DNA of 63,619 nt, filler included, from Choristocarpus tenellus KU-1152 (GCA_964200185.2; 10 parts of 10 records of this genome joined end to end with filler, not necessarily neighbours in it); one strand, 5' to 3'. Shown: positions 11,925-24,807, counted from the whole stretch's first letter. Notes: a model not told the origin generated them from the sequence alone. Program-made: numbers and translations.

Positions 11925-14098
11925 ATGGGCGGACCTTCTCTTGCTGTGCCTGGCTACGACGTAGAAGGTCAAGGACGTGTGTTAGGGGATCTTGGGATAC
12001 ATACGCCGCATATCGATTCAGAGAGTGCTTTGCTTTGGAATGATATGAAAGAGGGTAGCCAGGGAGGGCAGCAGCAGGAAGAGTACCACGTTCCAGTGGG
12101 GCATTTTTGGGGCGTTTCCCAACATGATGGGAAGGATACAAGGGAAGAAAGTAAGAGGAATCAACCACGCCTAATTCTCTCGGAACATGCCAGTATTTCA
12201 TCACCTCTCTCCGACTGCGCCTTCGTTACTCTTCTCTTTGGAGACCAGAGTGAAGGAGTGAGGACACTTGGAGAGTCAATTCTTGCTACGGGAACCATTG
12301 CTGACAGGGTCGCAATCCTCACTCCTGATGTCTCTGTGGAGGTAGCATCTCAGCTGCACAGAGATGGGTGGAGAATCAAGAGAGCCGAGGTAGTACCCTC
12401 GCCACATCCTTTGAGAGAGGGAGCAGAGAAAGGTATCTCCAATGTGAGTTGCGTAGTTCCCATTCGAAAACTTATCTCCTTCCATTGTTAGACGAGGGAT
12501 GTAACTATTCGTGATCAACGGAAGACCGTGTACAGACCTAGGTTAGACCCTACCCCAGATTCGTAGCCTTGTTTGCAGCTGCAAACACCGATTTCCAATA
12601 GCATTGGCGCGTTATTACCTCTCACCACGTGAGTAGCATGAGCACAAACGTAGTTATACGAAAGCTCTCGAATTTTTGATGTTCAGGCTATGCCCTTGAG
12701 AAATATCGCACCCAAACTCCTCGTACACACTGTGCATTTCCAGTCACTGCACAGAGATTCGTCCGGAGGGCATCCCAATTCGGCTTCCCACTCCTTCTTG
12801 GTCTCTGTCTTCTCCCCTCCCCTCCTCTCCCCTTCCCTACTATAAGGTTTACACAAAACTGGCAGCCTGGAGGCTGTTGGAGTATAAGCGCGTGGTGTTG
12901 CTTGACGCGGACACTTTAGTGATGGAGAACGTTGATGACCTCTTCAAATGCGGTCCATTGTGTGCAGGTGTGTACCTTAAGGCATGGAAAGGAGGGCAGA
13001 ATGGGAGAAGGGACGTTGAAACCTCTCGGGGTGGATATCTTTCATGCATGCTGGTGGCCACAGCTTGGATGAGGGTGATGACCGCAAGCACTGGTTTATG
13101 GAGTGCATGCTCCTGAATACAAGTACATGTGTTGCTATACAGTACAACAGGTCATAGGAGGATAATGCACATGTTTTACACACATACACTCACATATGCA
13201 GCCGCAATTTCCCTCGAATACCAGGGTTTTTCAATGCATGTGACTGACCCTTCTGTTGCAGTGGAATTTTCTTAGTATCCTCATACTTTCGTCAAGTGCA
13301 TTCCCATTGCCTTCCCCCACCCTCCCTCAACTGACCCAAGTATTGCAGCAGGCGGAACTCATCAACACAGCGCTGCTCGTGCTGGAGCCAAATGAGGACC
13401 TCTACATGGACATGGTCAAAAATGTGCAGTCCACCTTCAGGTCAGGGAGAGTCAGCCGTCATTGGTACTTTGGTACGAACTACATTGTAACCACCTTACT
13501 GCCTTAGATATGCCTTAGATATGCCTTAGGTATGCCTTAGATATGCCTTACCCCCAACTCTAGAACCTCACCCACTGCCTTAGATTCAACGGAGGAGTAC
13601 CGTTTTGAGTTCCTCTTGTGATGGTGATATCGGGAATGGCATATTGGTGCACAGGTATATATATATATATGTATATATATGTATGTTGCTGTGCACTGTG
13701 TTTGGGGGGGAGGTGGTGGGAAAAACAGTGCCCACATTGTTTACGCATGTTTGAAGAGAGACATTGAGATGCTTTTTTCGTCTGCTCATTTCCTGTATTA
13801 CTGCAGAGAAATTTGGTGCAAAATAGCCCTCTGCTAGCTGTACCCTCTATCAATGTACCATTTTGTGTACCTTCCACCCTAGTACAGTCGTTGTGATGCC
13901 TGTTCTCACTCTCCTCCTCTCCTACCTCCTCTTGTTGCCCTCTCCGTTGGCTTATCGCTGATGCTCCGGACTTCTCCCTCCCCCACCCTCTAACCCTAAC
14001 CCTAAAGTTATTCCGGAGGGTTCAAGGGCTTCTTGAACTCCTACTACGACAGCTTTGACCGCTGTCAGTTATTTGACATGGAGAACATGCACCTTCAG
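11925..14098 (+). CDS. Glycosyltransferase family 8, IPUT1/PGSIP6 (glycogenin-like) type; 5' part only, exons 11925-12443, 12847-12967, 13341-13440, 14008-~14098; cut by the gap
   Basis: Reads AFVTLLFGD..GVRTLGESILATG, VYTKLAAWRLLEYKRVVLLDADTLVMENVDDLFKC (DxD motif), LEPNEDLY, SYSGGFKGFLNSYY, colinear with plant IPUT1. Splice phases 0/1/2 are consistent. The start codon is uncertain. Confidence 0.85.
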
Positions 14099-14456
14099 GC
14101 AAGGATTGTCTGTCAGGATTGTCAGGATTGCGTGGGATTTATGGCAAGCAAGATAGTTTTTTGGGCGAGCACTACTTAGTACAGTTGCGCTATGAAGTGC
14201 TCCATTGATATGGTGGGGAAGGAGAGCACGAAGAGGCGTTGTGGGGGTTGAGTTATTTGAACTATGGTTGAGTTATTTGAACTATGAGGGCAACTCTTGC
14301 TGACATGGGTTGACCCACTGCATCCTTCCCATGACGAAACAGTTTCAGAGTGGCAGCATGGCCATTCTTGACCCCCCCCCCCCCCCGGTACTTTTACCCA
14401 CCCTGCCATGGAAAACGAACACCTCCCACTTCTACTCACTAAAAACGCTCTTGTAA

Positions 14457-14556
14457 NNNNNNNNNNNNNNNNNNNNNNNNNNNNNNNNNNNNNNNNNNNN
14501 TTAATTAATTAANNNNNNNNNNNNNNNNNNNNNNNNNNNNNNNNNNNNNNNNNNNN
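14457..14556. other. Artificial 100-bp contig spacer N44-TTAATTAATTAA-N44; identical spacers at 19272, 22388, 35615, 40209, 44034, 48093, 51387, 57923
   Basis: Fixed length with a six-frame stop linker. Genes such as GT8 and SMC4 do not continue across the spacers. Confidence 0.97.
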
Positions 14557-14665
14557 ACCCAAAAATCGCGACATACAAAAATTGACCCCAAAATGGACAG
14601 CCGCCACCCCCTCCCAGATACTTTGAGCCAGAGTGACGAGGTTGGCGAATGAGGGATTCGTACGG

Positions 14666-15780
14666 TTAGACGAAAATGTTGGGGTTGTTCATGTGGACCA
14701 TATTACAAATACCAAAATCATAAGTGCTTGTAGCCTTACCTTCGTCAGCACATATCTGGGCCAGAGACGCGATCGCGTTGTAAAATTGATTCGCTGTACC
14801 TTGGTTGGCAGCGTCCAGGCCACTCTCGAGGTTAGTGTCGACCCATGCCTCTTTTAGGAATGCCATAATCTTCGTCGCGACAATTTTCTTAGCCGCAACC
14901 TTGAAGGCGGCGTCGCTGTTCTCGAAGTTTAGCTTTCTGAGGGAGTACTGTTTACAGAGTCTCACAAGTTCATTTCGCCTATTACACTTATCCTCACTGT
15001 CGTTTGCCACGTTTGCCGTGGTGCTCAGGAGGGGCTGGACCCTCCCGAATTCTGCCCGGAAGTCCTTAATGGCCCGTAACCATGACACCATCCTGGGGAA
15101 GACGTCTACCACGTTGGGGACATGGGACTTGCTGGACTGCACCCCACATCGGATGGAGATGGACTCCGCCTTCTCCCTGTCGTAACATGGGTACATGTGC
15201 CATGCAATGTGGGCGCCTCGCGCTTGCAGACTCTCCAGTACTGTGTCGGCCCAAGCTTGGTCAACGAAGTCCGGAAGGCTTTTATCTCTATCGGTAATTT
15301 GCCCTTGAGCCGTACGCTGTTCAGAATCCTGAGCAGCATTAACCGATGCTGCCCATTTAGGCAATAGAATATGTTGTCGGGGTACGAAGGGTTGCGCCTC
15401 TTCCCCATCTTGTCCTTCCTCATGAGTTCCTTGGCGATGTACATCTTGATAAGCCCACTGTTGGAGAGCTTCGCCGAAAGACCTTGCTCCAACATCTAGT
15501 CCCTTATCTCCACCTCGGTCTTCCAGCGTGAACAAATGTCGAAAGACTGCGAACCTAGGATTCCCCATATCCCTCTGCTGCGTTATTTAGATCCCTCGTC
15601 ACTTTGTCGAACATAGCTGCAACTCCGGCGGCATTAAGTAGATTTGCATTATAGTCCTGGGAGAGAAATCTCGAGTTGGCCAAGTAAGTTGCTTTGGCCG
15701 AACATAGTTTGAAGTAGCATATTTTGTGCAGTCCGATGGTTCGTTTCTTCGCTAGCAGGTTTGCTCGTAGTCCTTCATGT
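14666..15780 (-). pseudogene. Frameshifted ParB/Srx-like domain sequence (NGQHR motif), probably TE-borne
   Basis: Frame 15495-15106 contains FYCLNGQHRLMLLRIL (motif at 15343-15357). Overlapping frame 15568-14666 continues WHMYPCYDREKAESISIRCGVQSSKSHVPNVVDVF, which loosely parallels the post-motif region of the gene at 35925. There are in-frame stops upstream. Confidence 0.5.
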
Positions 15781-16094
15781 GATGTACGGTTTCGGGAAAC
15801 ATGTCATCGAACGAGAGGAGTTTACGGGGAAATGGATTTCAGTCGAGTGTGCAGGTGGTATGTTTCGCCGATTGGGTGTTGAACATGGTGAGGTAGGGAT
15901 GATGAAATAAGCGATGTAACAAGTGTTCAGCGAACGAGCAGGCACTTGAGTGGTTAGTCGTGGATGATGCGTGTTTGGGGGTGGAGTGATTTGCAACGTG
16001 AAAGTGATGTCTATGCTACATTGCATATGAGAACGGGCTTGGTGCGAAGTTGAGGGGTGTTGCATTTCGTCCTAAAAAAATCGATGGGCAGGAA

Positions 16095-16410
16095 CTGAAA
16101 ATTATGATTTGTTCAGCCGCGGAAATCAAAAGTTTCTTGATTTCCGAATGCATCCGTTTTATGTGTTTTTCTTATCAGATGAATTCGGACGCCGAACGAC
16201 GCTGGTTTAAAAAAGGGGGTAGTTTATAGTCGATCTGTGATAGGAAAAAAAAACCCTGAAAATTATGAATCGTTAAGTCGCGGAAATTAAAGGTTTATTG
16301 ATTTCCGAATGCATCTGTTTGATGTGCTTTTCTTATCAAATGATGTCGGATGCTGAATGACGATGGCTAAAATTAGGGGGTAGTTTGTACTCGATCCGTG
16401 ATAGGAAACA
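16095..16410. repeat. Two diverged tandem copies of a ~161-bp unit
   Basis: ctgaaaattatga...gcggaaat..aa.gttt.ttgatttccgaatgcatc.gttt...gatagg starts at 16095 and again at 16256. Confidence 0.85.
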
Positions 16411-18055
16411 ACAAATTCAAATGATTATTGTTGGACCATCAACCTTTACTCGAAAAAATAAACGATCACAAGAAAAACGTGAAAGGAGAATCGACAAAAG
16501 AGAAATTTGAAAGGAAAATCGACAAGAAATAAATGTTTTCATCCACGTCATATGCGAAATAGAAATGTTTGGGATGGAAAGCGTCGTTGAGGTACTTCCT
16601 TTGGAATGCACATCGTTGGTGGGGATATTGAACGTGTCGGAGAAGAGGGAAAGGTCGTGCCAAGAAGAATGCGTGGAGGAGGAGTGCTTAGGTGCTGGGT
16701 GATGGGGGCTAGCAAGGGATGGCGGTTTTTGTTGTTGTATATCAATATGATGTCGAAAGTGAGGGATTGGTGTGGTGCAATACTTCCAACAAATGATTAC
16801 GTTCTGACAAAGCAGATATACAGGGTATGGTGTATTTCTTCATGGACAACATGTTAAGACGGGCAGATGAATGATCGGGGAGGTGACGAGGATTGGGAAC
16901 AGGAGACATTGGTTTCTTTTCTATTGGTGAATACTGAAACGAAGTTCGAAATCCCGAATGGGCAAGATGCTATGCTTGAAAGAAACGACTATTGAATGAA
17001 AAAAAACACGGGGTGTCATGCCTATTCCTTGTTCAACAACATGTCCTAACGGGGGTCGAACTGCTTCAGCATGTTAGGTGGATTGAGTACGGCTACGGCG
17101 CGAGAGGTATAATGAAATGTATATTTTGCATGGGTGGCATCTACTACTTGAAAGAAATAACAATTTGGAATGGTAAAAAGCGCAGGGAATAATTCCCCTG
17201 TGTCTTGAACAACATGACAGAACGGGCAGTGAACTGCTACGGTAATTGACAAGAACTGCCTAAAGAGGAGTGTCGACTATTACGTTGGTGAACTCTTAAA
17301 ATGATGGCGAAAACTCGGAGTGGTTTAGGGGCAATATCTGAAAGAAACGGTTACTCATTGAAGGGCAAAAATTTAATAGGGTTCCTATTCCTCTCCACAA
17401 CACTTCACTACGTAGTTAGTGAAGTGCCGCATTTATGGATGACATTTGGCTGCAGTGGAGGGTGACTATTTATGTAGATCAAGGTAAAAACTGGCATGGG
17501 AGTTAGGGCAACGATATTACGGACTATGTTTGAGAGGGAGCACCCGACCTGTGCCAAAAGAAGAGGTTGGTAAGCTTTGCAGACATACAAAAATTTTCTA
17601 ACAAGACTGTGATAAGTTGATCAACGTATGTGCCAGGGACATGGGATCGTCGAAATTAATGAGAGATGTGCAACGCCATAATGGATGTATACGAAGGGAT
17701 GTATTAAACACTGTTTTCAGAAATTTTGATAATATTGACAACCACTTCGGAATTAGTGAGGAGAAGGGGGTAGAGTGGTGCACATGTGGTGGCTGACATC
17801 ATCGACAATAACAGGGACGCGGCTATTTTTTGGTCTCAATCATTCGAAACAATAGCGACTTCATGAGTTCGTTGACATGCGTGGTCTTCTTGAGAGTGTA
17901 CATGTGGGCTAGGCTGCAAGAGTATTCCTCATTCTTTCACAAGTTGTGTAAAGGAGCATGGTCTCGAAATAAGGGGTGTAACATACACGACCTTAGAGTC
18001 ATGTGTAGGGTTTGTTGGTGTGATGGAGTGTTCCACAAGAATAGGTTGTGTAATG

Positions 18056-18056
<1 letters not shown>

Positions 18057-18112
<56 letters not shown>
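18057..18112. repeat. (TG)n microsatellite
   Basis: Directly visible perfect dinucleotide run. Confidence 0.95.
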
Positions 18113-18114
<2 letters not shown>

Positions 18115-18320
18115 CTGGCGGGCGCCTCCACGATTTCATGTGCAGTCGTCATTAGGCTTAATGAGCCATGCGTTTGTTGCGGGTATAACATTATGTTCGC
18201 GTGCTTTCCACGCAATTAGACCAGGACATGTTGATCATCTCTTCCGAATTGCAAAACATATCTCATCCGGCATCCCGCCGTTACAACCTACTTCTATCCA
18301 CTACTCTATCCCCCTTTCAG

Positions 18321-18987
18321 GAAACGGAGGGTTGGGAGACCAACGAATAGGAGCACTCTCCAGTCATGGAAGAAGTCCAAGACAGATCAAATCCTCCACC
18401 TATTCCACTCCATGTTTGTCGACCAATACGGGCAGAACGTGGGAGAAGGAGACAGATACACTTGGAAGGACCTCGCCGCCTGGTGTTTGGACGAGGATAA
18501 TAAGTTTGCGCCATTGGCAAGGGCACTGCGAGAGTTAATGTCCACGGAGATACGCGCACCTGCAACCGACGTGCAGGTCAGGACCTTCCTCGAGTTCTTG
18601 AAGCAGGACCTTAGCACAGAACACACTCGACAAGTGTACAACTCGATTCTCGCGGGCATCGCTCCAGATGTCAAAGTGCTCAATGACGGGGTGATGTCCA
18701 CATACCAACCCGGCTTGTCCGACACGGCCAAGAGATACAATATCAAGATCGACACCCTCAGATCCTCGGCAGTGAAGCGCACGGAATTCATCAACGATAG
18801 AGAATGCTTTAGTGCTGTGTCCGTACATCATATCGGAGAGCCATGTCCTACTACCCCCGACACAGAACAACACGTAGAGGCATCTGTGGCACCTCCCACC
18901 AGGCAAGTAAGGGTGTCATCCCAATGGGATATTCTTTTTACAGCCAAGGCTCGAATACAGAATGCCAGCAAACCCAGTAGAAGATAA
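18321..18987 (+). CDS. Uncharacterised ORF/exon with AT-hook-like and HTH-like segments, possibly TE-derived
   Basis: Acceptor ccctttcag at 18320 is followed by an open frame KRRVGRPT...MFVDQYGQ...LSDTAKRYNIKIDTLRSSA. Composition looks coding; family not recognised. Confidence 0.4.
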
Positions 18988-20503
18988 ATCTTTCCTGAGG
19001 CCAATTTTTTTTAATGTAATGTAAAGGTCAGGCTTGAATACAGATATCCAGCAAACCACAAACAAATAAAATCTTCCACTAGGCCAAATTGGGCGACATG
19101 TTTTTAAAGGTCAACGTGAGTTCGAACCCATACATGTTGCAACCCCAAATACATCATTTCCTTCTACCAGGGTTCGAACACGGAACGCCATATCCTAAAA
19201 GCTTCTACAACAAATTTGAACCCCTGCCTACCCCACAAAAAAAAAATAACAATAACTATCATAAACAACTANNNNNNNNNNNNNNNNNNNNNNNNNNNNN
19301 NNNNNNNNNNNNNNNTTAATTAATTAANNNNNNNNNNNNNNNNNNNNNNNNNNNNNNNNNNNNNNNNNNNNCTCCAAGCCCCACAATTGGACACACAGGG
19401 AAAAATTCGTACCCTCTAAGATAGTTTCACTCATGGGCGACAAGATGTGGCAGGGTATTATACTAGGTATTTCACAATTTTGACCAAGTTGTGGGTAGCT
19501 TCTTCCCTCGGTTCGGTTTAGGGGGTAGGGCTGAGGGTTGGATTGGTTGTCTGGGGTAGTACACATGGATATTAAGGCCACATCTGTTGTTGGTGAAAAT
19601 CAGACGGATATCGACCTCTATGCTAGGATGTGGGGCTTCATCGTGATTCCTTCATTTTTTCTTTAGACGTAAAATGTGCAAACCTGCAAAACTTGCCCAT
19701 GTAGTTCCTTTCGTCTATGCTGAATTGGTCCCTGCTCACCTTTCTCTTAACACTTTCCCCTCTATTTGATTTAATTTCAATCCACCCAGCACAACTAGCA
19801 CTACTGGTAGAATGTGGAAGGGTCAACGTCTGGTCTGGCTTCATTGCCAAACATCCACCTTCATTCGACAACACAGAGTAACATGTCCAGCACTCAAGCC
19901 CAGGAGTAGATACGCAGACCGGAAGATGACAATCACTGGGTCCATGGGCCCTGGCAAGAGTCAAACCATGGCGGTTGACAGGATGGTGGGCAGCGTGCCT
20001 TTCTACTCACGAGGTTAGGACATGAGATACTGAGAAGTGGCTACAGTCGAGGACAGAGAGTGTACAACTTCTTGATTTCATCAACCTGGAATGGTTGTAT
20101 GGAAGAGCAACAGCGAACTATAAGATGACACCCCCCTATCTCTGTAGGAATGTATTGAGTGGCTACAATTGCCTCCTGCATACCTGCATGGAAGTACATG
20201 TACACTGAAGTGTATTTTACCATATATGAGGTACTTCAAGGCGTTGGCTTCTTTGTTTCCCAAAGTTACCTCCCAATACACGCCTCTCAATGACTGATTC
20301 CTAGAGAGGTGGGGTGATGCCATCTCAAAGTTAGTTTGTTATTGCTTTTCCATGCAGCAACTCTGCTCTGCTCTTTTCTCGGTGAGTGATATCAAGATGT
20401 CATTTATGCTCTTGTCCCCAACTGAAGTCACACCCCATAATCCCTTCAGGTGCGCTGACCAACACCCTGTCAATTGCCATAGCTTAGCTTTTGCCAGCCC
20501 AGA

Positions 20504-20760
20504 GAGCCAACGTATCTAAGAGGGTAGAGCCGCATCCATTTGGGGGCCAAAATCCAATGTTGCGATTTTGATGTAATTTTGGCTGTCGAGTTTGTTAGGG
20601 AGTGTCAATATCGTTGTTCCAGACACATCTTTCATTATGTACACACTTTACCTACTCCGAAATATTTTGGAGTAGGGAAATGTAAAAAAAAAAACATGGG
20701 AAGCCAAGCCCTAAACCCACAAACAGGGAAAAAATCGTACCCTCTAAGATACTTTAACTC
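20504..20760 (+). mobile_element. MITE family A, full copy, TSD AGA
   Basis: gagccaacgtatctaagagggta...taccctctaagatactttaactc, flanked by aga. Confidence 0.88.
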
Positions 20761-22487
20761 AGAGGCCCAGTAGTGGTCATCTTAATATGTGCGTAACCAC
20801 TTTGCTTATTTCCGCAAACATCCACTCCAGTATCCTCCGCTTATGTTGCTCACAAGAGTGATTTATTTGTGGGCTCCAGTTGCCACAATGAGAGACCCAG
20901 GCTGCTGGAAATAGTTAGGCCACCTGATCATCAAAGCTGTTCCCACCTCGGGAGAACATCCACCGCACGGCAACCTGCCCAAGCCCCGCTTCAAGAACCT
21001 TTTGTAGGAGCTCCACACTAACTCCATCTGCTCACATAAATCCCCTCTCAATACCTACTTCCCAAATCAAACCTCTTCCAATGCATCTGAAACTCTCTTT
21101 GAGCTACCTGGAGAATCCTATACACACACAACATAAAGACCGACTTCTACCTTCCCACTTTCTGAATCTCAATGGGAGATAAACCCTCTGCGGCTACGTT
21201 TTTGTCGTCCTTATCCTTCAGAGAATGCAATCCAACTCCTTGGGTTTCCACCTTTGGAAGACATTTCCGCAATGCTTCCCCTAGTTCTTCCGTTACATTT
21301 ATATTTCTATTTTCTGCTCTCTCAACTTTCTGTTCGCCCCCATACAAACCATCAATGGAGTCTTGTCAGAGAAAATATCCTGGCCATCTAAGAACTCCTG
21401 AAGGGTTTCCAGCCCGCCCTTGCTTATCGTAGACTTTCGTCTACCTACAACTATCCATTCCCTGCGTTGGTCTCTCTATCCCCCTTCCAATTGTACTTCT
21501 ACTCTGCTTGTCTCCTTCACCATTTCCCATGCGAGTGGTTATTATTCCACCCAAATCGAAACATTCTAAGTCGACAAGCTTTCACAACCGTACCGTTTTC
21601 TCCTTCAAACAAGTCTGATGCTCTGCATAAAAGAAGGAAGGCGTCAAACCATCGGATAGGTAAGCAGGGCTGCATTTTCAGGATGCCGAGAAAAGGTAAA
21701 AAGACGCCATTTTGTACCATTGGAGAAAGAGCCTTTGCTGAATTGTGGTGTCACCTTGTCTACGGAAAGACCAACATCATAGAGTCCAATCTATGAGCGT
21801 TTTCCTGTAGGATGATAAGTGTTTCCTTCTTGCATGGGTCGCTTGTGGTGTTGTAATGTTGCCTAGATCAACACCAATTGGTGATTGTGTCTACTGTTGG
21901 ATACCTGAAGTAGTACGTCTGATGAAGTCGTTTTGATGCGGTTGGCATTCGTCCCTGATGTGGCTTGAACTTCATTTTTTTACCACCTCTTTTACCTTCT
22001 TGTCTTCCTTGATCGTCAAGTTTTGTTTCTTCATGTCCATACATATCCTTCCTTCTGTTGAAATATTCCACACCGGACCCGCGGCTTTGGTGCTTTGATG
22101 AAAGACGGTGAATAGCTTGGTGTAGATATGCAAAGTTAATATTACAAGGGGATTACGGTCTCGATTTCGCTATCTGAGAACGTGGGTAAGACCAGTGCAG
22201 ACTACCATGTGGGATTTGCAACGTCCACATGGATAATCAGAAAAGGATCATATCTACTTACCATACGTGTCATATATGATAGATCAACTGATGATCCAAT
22301 ACCAGGTCCCTACCATACATGAACTAACATATATGAATGTTGTGTAGAGCTCAACTGAAATATATGGAAACATATATCTGGCTCTACNNNNNNNNNNNNN
22401 NNNNNNNNNNNNNNNNNNNNNNNNNNNNNNNTTAATTAATTAANNNNNNNNNNNNNNNNNNNNNNNNNNNNNNNNNNNNNNNNNNNN

Positions 22488-24807
22488 GAAAGTGCAAGAG
22501 AGTGGGGCCTGTGTAGCAGGAGTGCGAGTGGGCAGTGGGAGGGGGGTGGGGAAGCGAGGGGAGGGGAGGATGCTAGGCAGACTGGACGGGAAAATAGAGC
22601 GGAGAGACTTGATGAGGGCTACAAATCCTGCAGTGGGGGCTCAAGAGGGGGAGAGCAGAGGAGGTGGAGGAAATCCTGAAGGTGATGGAGGAAGTGATAA
22701 CATTGGTGGAAAAGGGAGCAGGGGTAGTTTTGTGACATCAGAGAATGTCAGTGGGAACTGTGCCAGTGTGGATAAGTGTGTAAAGGAAGAAGTAGAAAGT
22801 GATGTTAGTAGTGAGAATGAGGATGTGGAAGGTGATGGAGGCGAGAAGATTGTCCTTGCGCATGCATTGACTGAGGGGGTGGGTCAAGGTTGGGTGAATT
22901 TGCGCAAGGGTGGTGTACAGACAGGTTCTGATGGTGAGGGTGGCAGTGTTGGTATGCCACGTAGCAGTTCGGGTGGTTTCTCATGGACAGAGAAGCTGTT
23001 TGGAGACAAGGTGAAGGGGAAAGAGAAAACAGTCGGGGGTGGGGGTCTGAGTGTGAGTGATGAAGAGGTTTCTACCAAGGGGGCGGTGGAGATGGGTATG
23101 TCATGGTTCAAAAGGAATGCTGGAGGAAATATTAAAACCTTGACTACTCCACACCATCAGCGTAGAAACAGTGGGAATGGGAACGGGGTGTTGGCTTTTG
23201 AGAATGGGAATGCAACTGTGCATAATGCTGCTACAACTGTGCGTGAGGCTGATATTGAGAGTGAGGACAGTAAAGGAAAGGGAAACTCTGGTTCCCTTGC
23301 ACCGCAGGTGTCTTTGCAGATCTCAGACATGGTCATGGTAAGAGGGGAGGGGTTGTTGGTGTTCAGGATAACGATCTTGAGGTTTGGAATGGGATTAGAT
23401 TGGTATTACAGTTGTAGTGAGTTTTAAGAAGTGGATTAGGTTTAGGGTTAGGGTTCATGAGTGCTGAGATTTTTATTCACAAAGAGTTCATATATGGGTA
23501 AGGTTGGGGCTCTACAATTCTCATATGGTGGGCAACATTCTGTGGATGAGAGTTTCTTTATTGTAATATACATGAGTTGAATGAACTCTTGGAATTGTGG
23601 GGGGAGGAAAAAAATTTGTCTTCGCTCATCTCCCTAGAAATACCCACATTGAAAATACCTCACCCCAAGTTATACTCCCCTGAAGTAGAAACATCGGGAG
23701 GATTATAGCTATTATTTTTCAATTCCAATATGGTAAATCACAGTGCCTCCCAGTGATTGACACTGTTACTAACACAAGCTCGACACCCTTTCCTGGTCAG
23801 GTGTCCTCTGATGTGTCCCTTAGTTATGTACTCCCTGGAACTGCATATATTACCAAAGTGTGTAAACATTCACTTCATATTTAACTGACCTTTGTCTCCT
23901 CCCTCTCCTTCGTGCATTATTGTGTGTGTTGCCTGAAGGGCCTCTTCCGTATCTCTGAAGTGAAGAAGGACTCATCTGTTGACTGGTCAAGGTTTAAGTC
24001 TGCTATTGTGGATGATGGTATGCCTGTGACACCTGATGGTGGCAGGGGGGGGGATCCTGATGAAGGAAGGGGTTCCATTGGTCAGGGAATTGAACAGTTT
24101 TTATCATGAGGCTGAAGGCTGAAGAGAGGTGCAGTGGAAGGTAACATTAGGAATGGATGGTTTTGAGGAGGATGGGTTCAAGGGGCTTAGGGTTGGTGGA
24201 GTGTTGTTGCCTGAGAGGTGATCTAGTTAATACAGCCAAGGTTTGGATGACAGGAGGATTAGGGTTAGGGATAGATATTTTTTTGCATTACTGTATAGTC
24301 AGTCATCATTTTTTCCCCATTATTCATTTTTCTTAAAAATATAACTTACATACCTAGGATCAATTGGCGGTACTTGGAGCAGTACTGGTGTTGATTGTGT
24401 ATGCATGTGAAGGGTTGTGGGTGATGAGTACAATTTGTTTATTAGAAGAGGCAGTTCTACACTGCTGGTTGCTTTTGACCTTTGTTTTCTAAAACAAGGG
24501 GTTGTGCGTGTTGGAGATTTATAGATGAGGGAGGGGGGATCATGGGGGAATATAGGCACTCAAAAGTGCTTTGCAAGATGAAAAGGTGCATGTATTATTG
24601 ATGGCTCTACAATGTTCCGTCGAATTGGTAGGAGATAGACCGATACAGATCTCACCCTCAATCTGTGGGGCAAAGAGAGTGAACAAAGGTCGAAGTTGGG
24701 TATGGACTCAATCCCTGAGGTTTGGTAGCACTGGCCTAATGTCAGTGTACCTTTACTTGCAACAGCTTCTTGTTCACGTTTTCCCCCCATTTCATTTATT
24801 TCAATGA
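22488..24807 (+). CDS. 3' part of a hypothetical gene: Gly/Ser/Glu-rich exon (22488-23337), then exons ~23939-24017 and ~24578-? with a degenerate EF-hand-like motif
   Basis: A 311-aa open frame has donor gtaaga at 23338. The joined sequence ISDMVM-GLFRISEVKKDSSVDWSRFKSAIVDD-DEKVHVLLMAL resembles a terminal EF-hand. The 5' end is lost in the gap. Confidence 0.45.

Noticed and set aside
14501-14512. Recurrent TTAATTAATTAA motif
   Set aside because: It is always centred in a 100-bp N spacer, so it is an assembly linker and not biological.
17830-18219. ORFs with CVCVCV / HTHTHT runs, and most other short ORFs in the supplied track
   Set aside because: They are translations of microsatellites, MITEs or shadow frames of real exons.
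19560-22100. Exon-like segments and RT-like fragments on the minus strand
   Set aside because: They contain in-frame stops, form no consistent splice chain and have no diagnostic motif, so no call can be supported.
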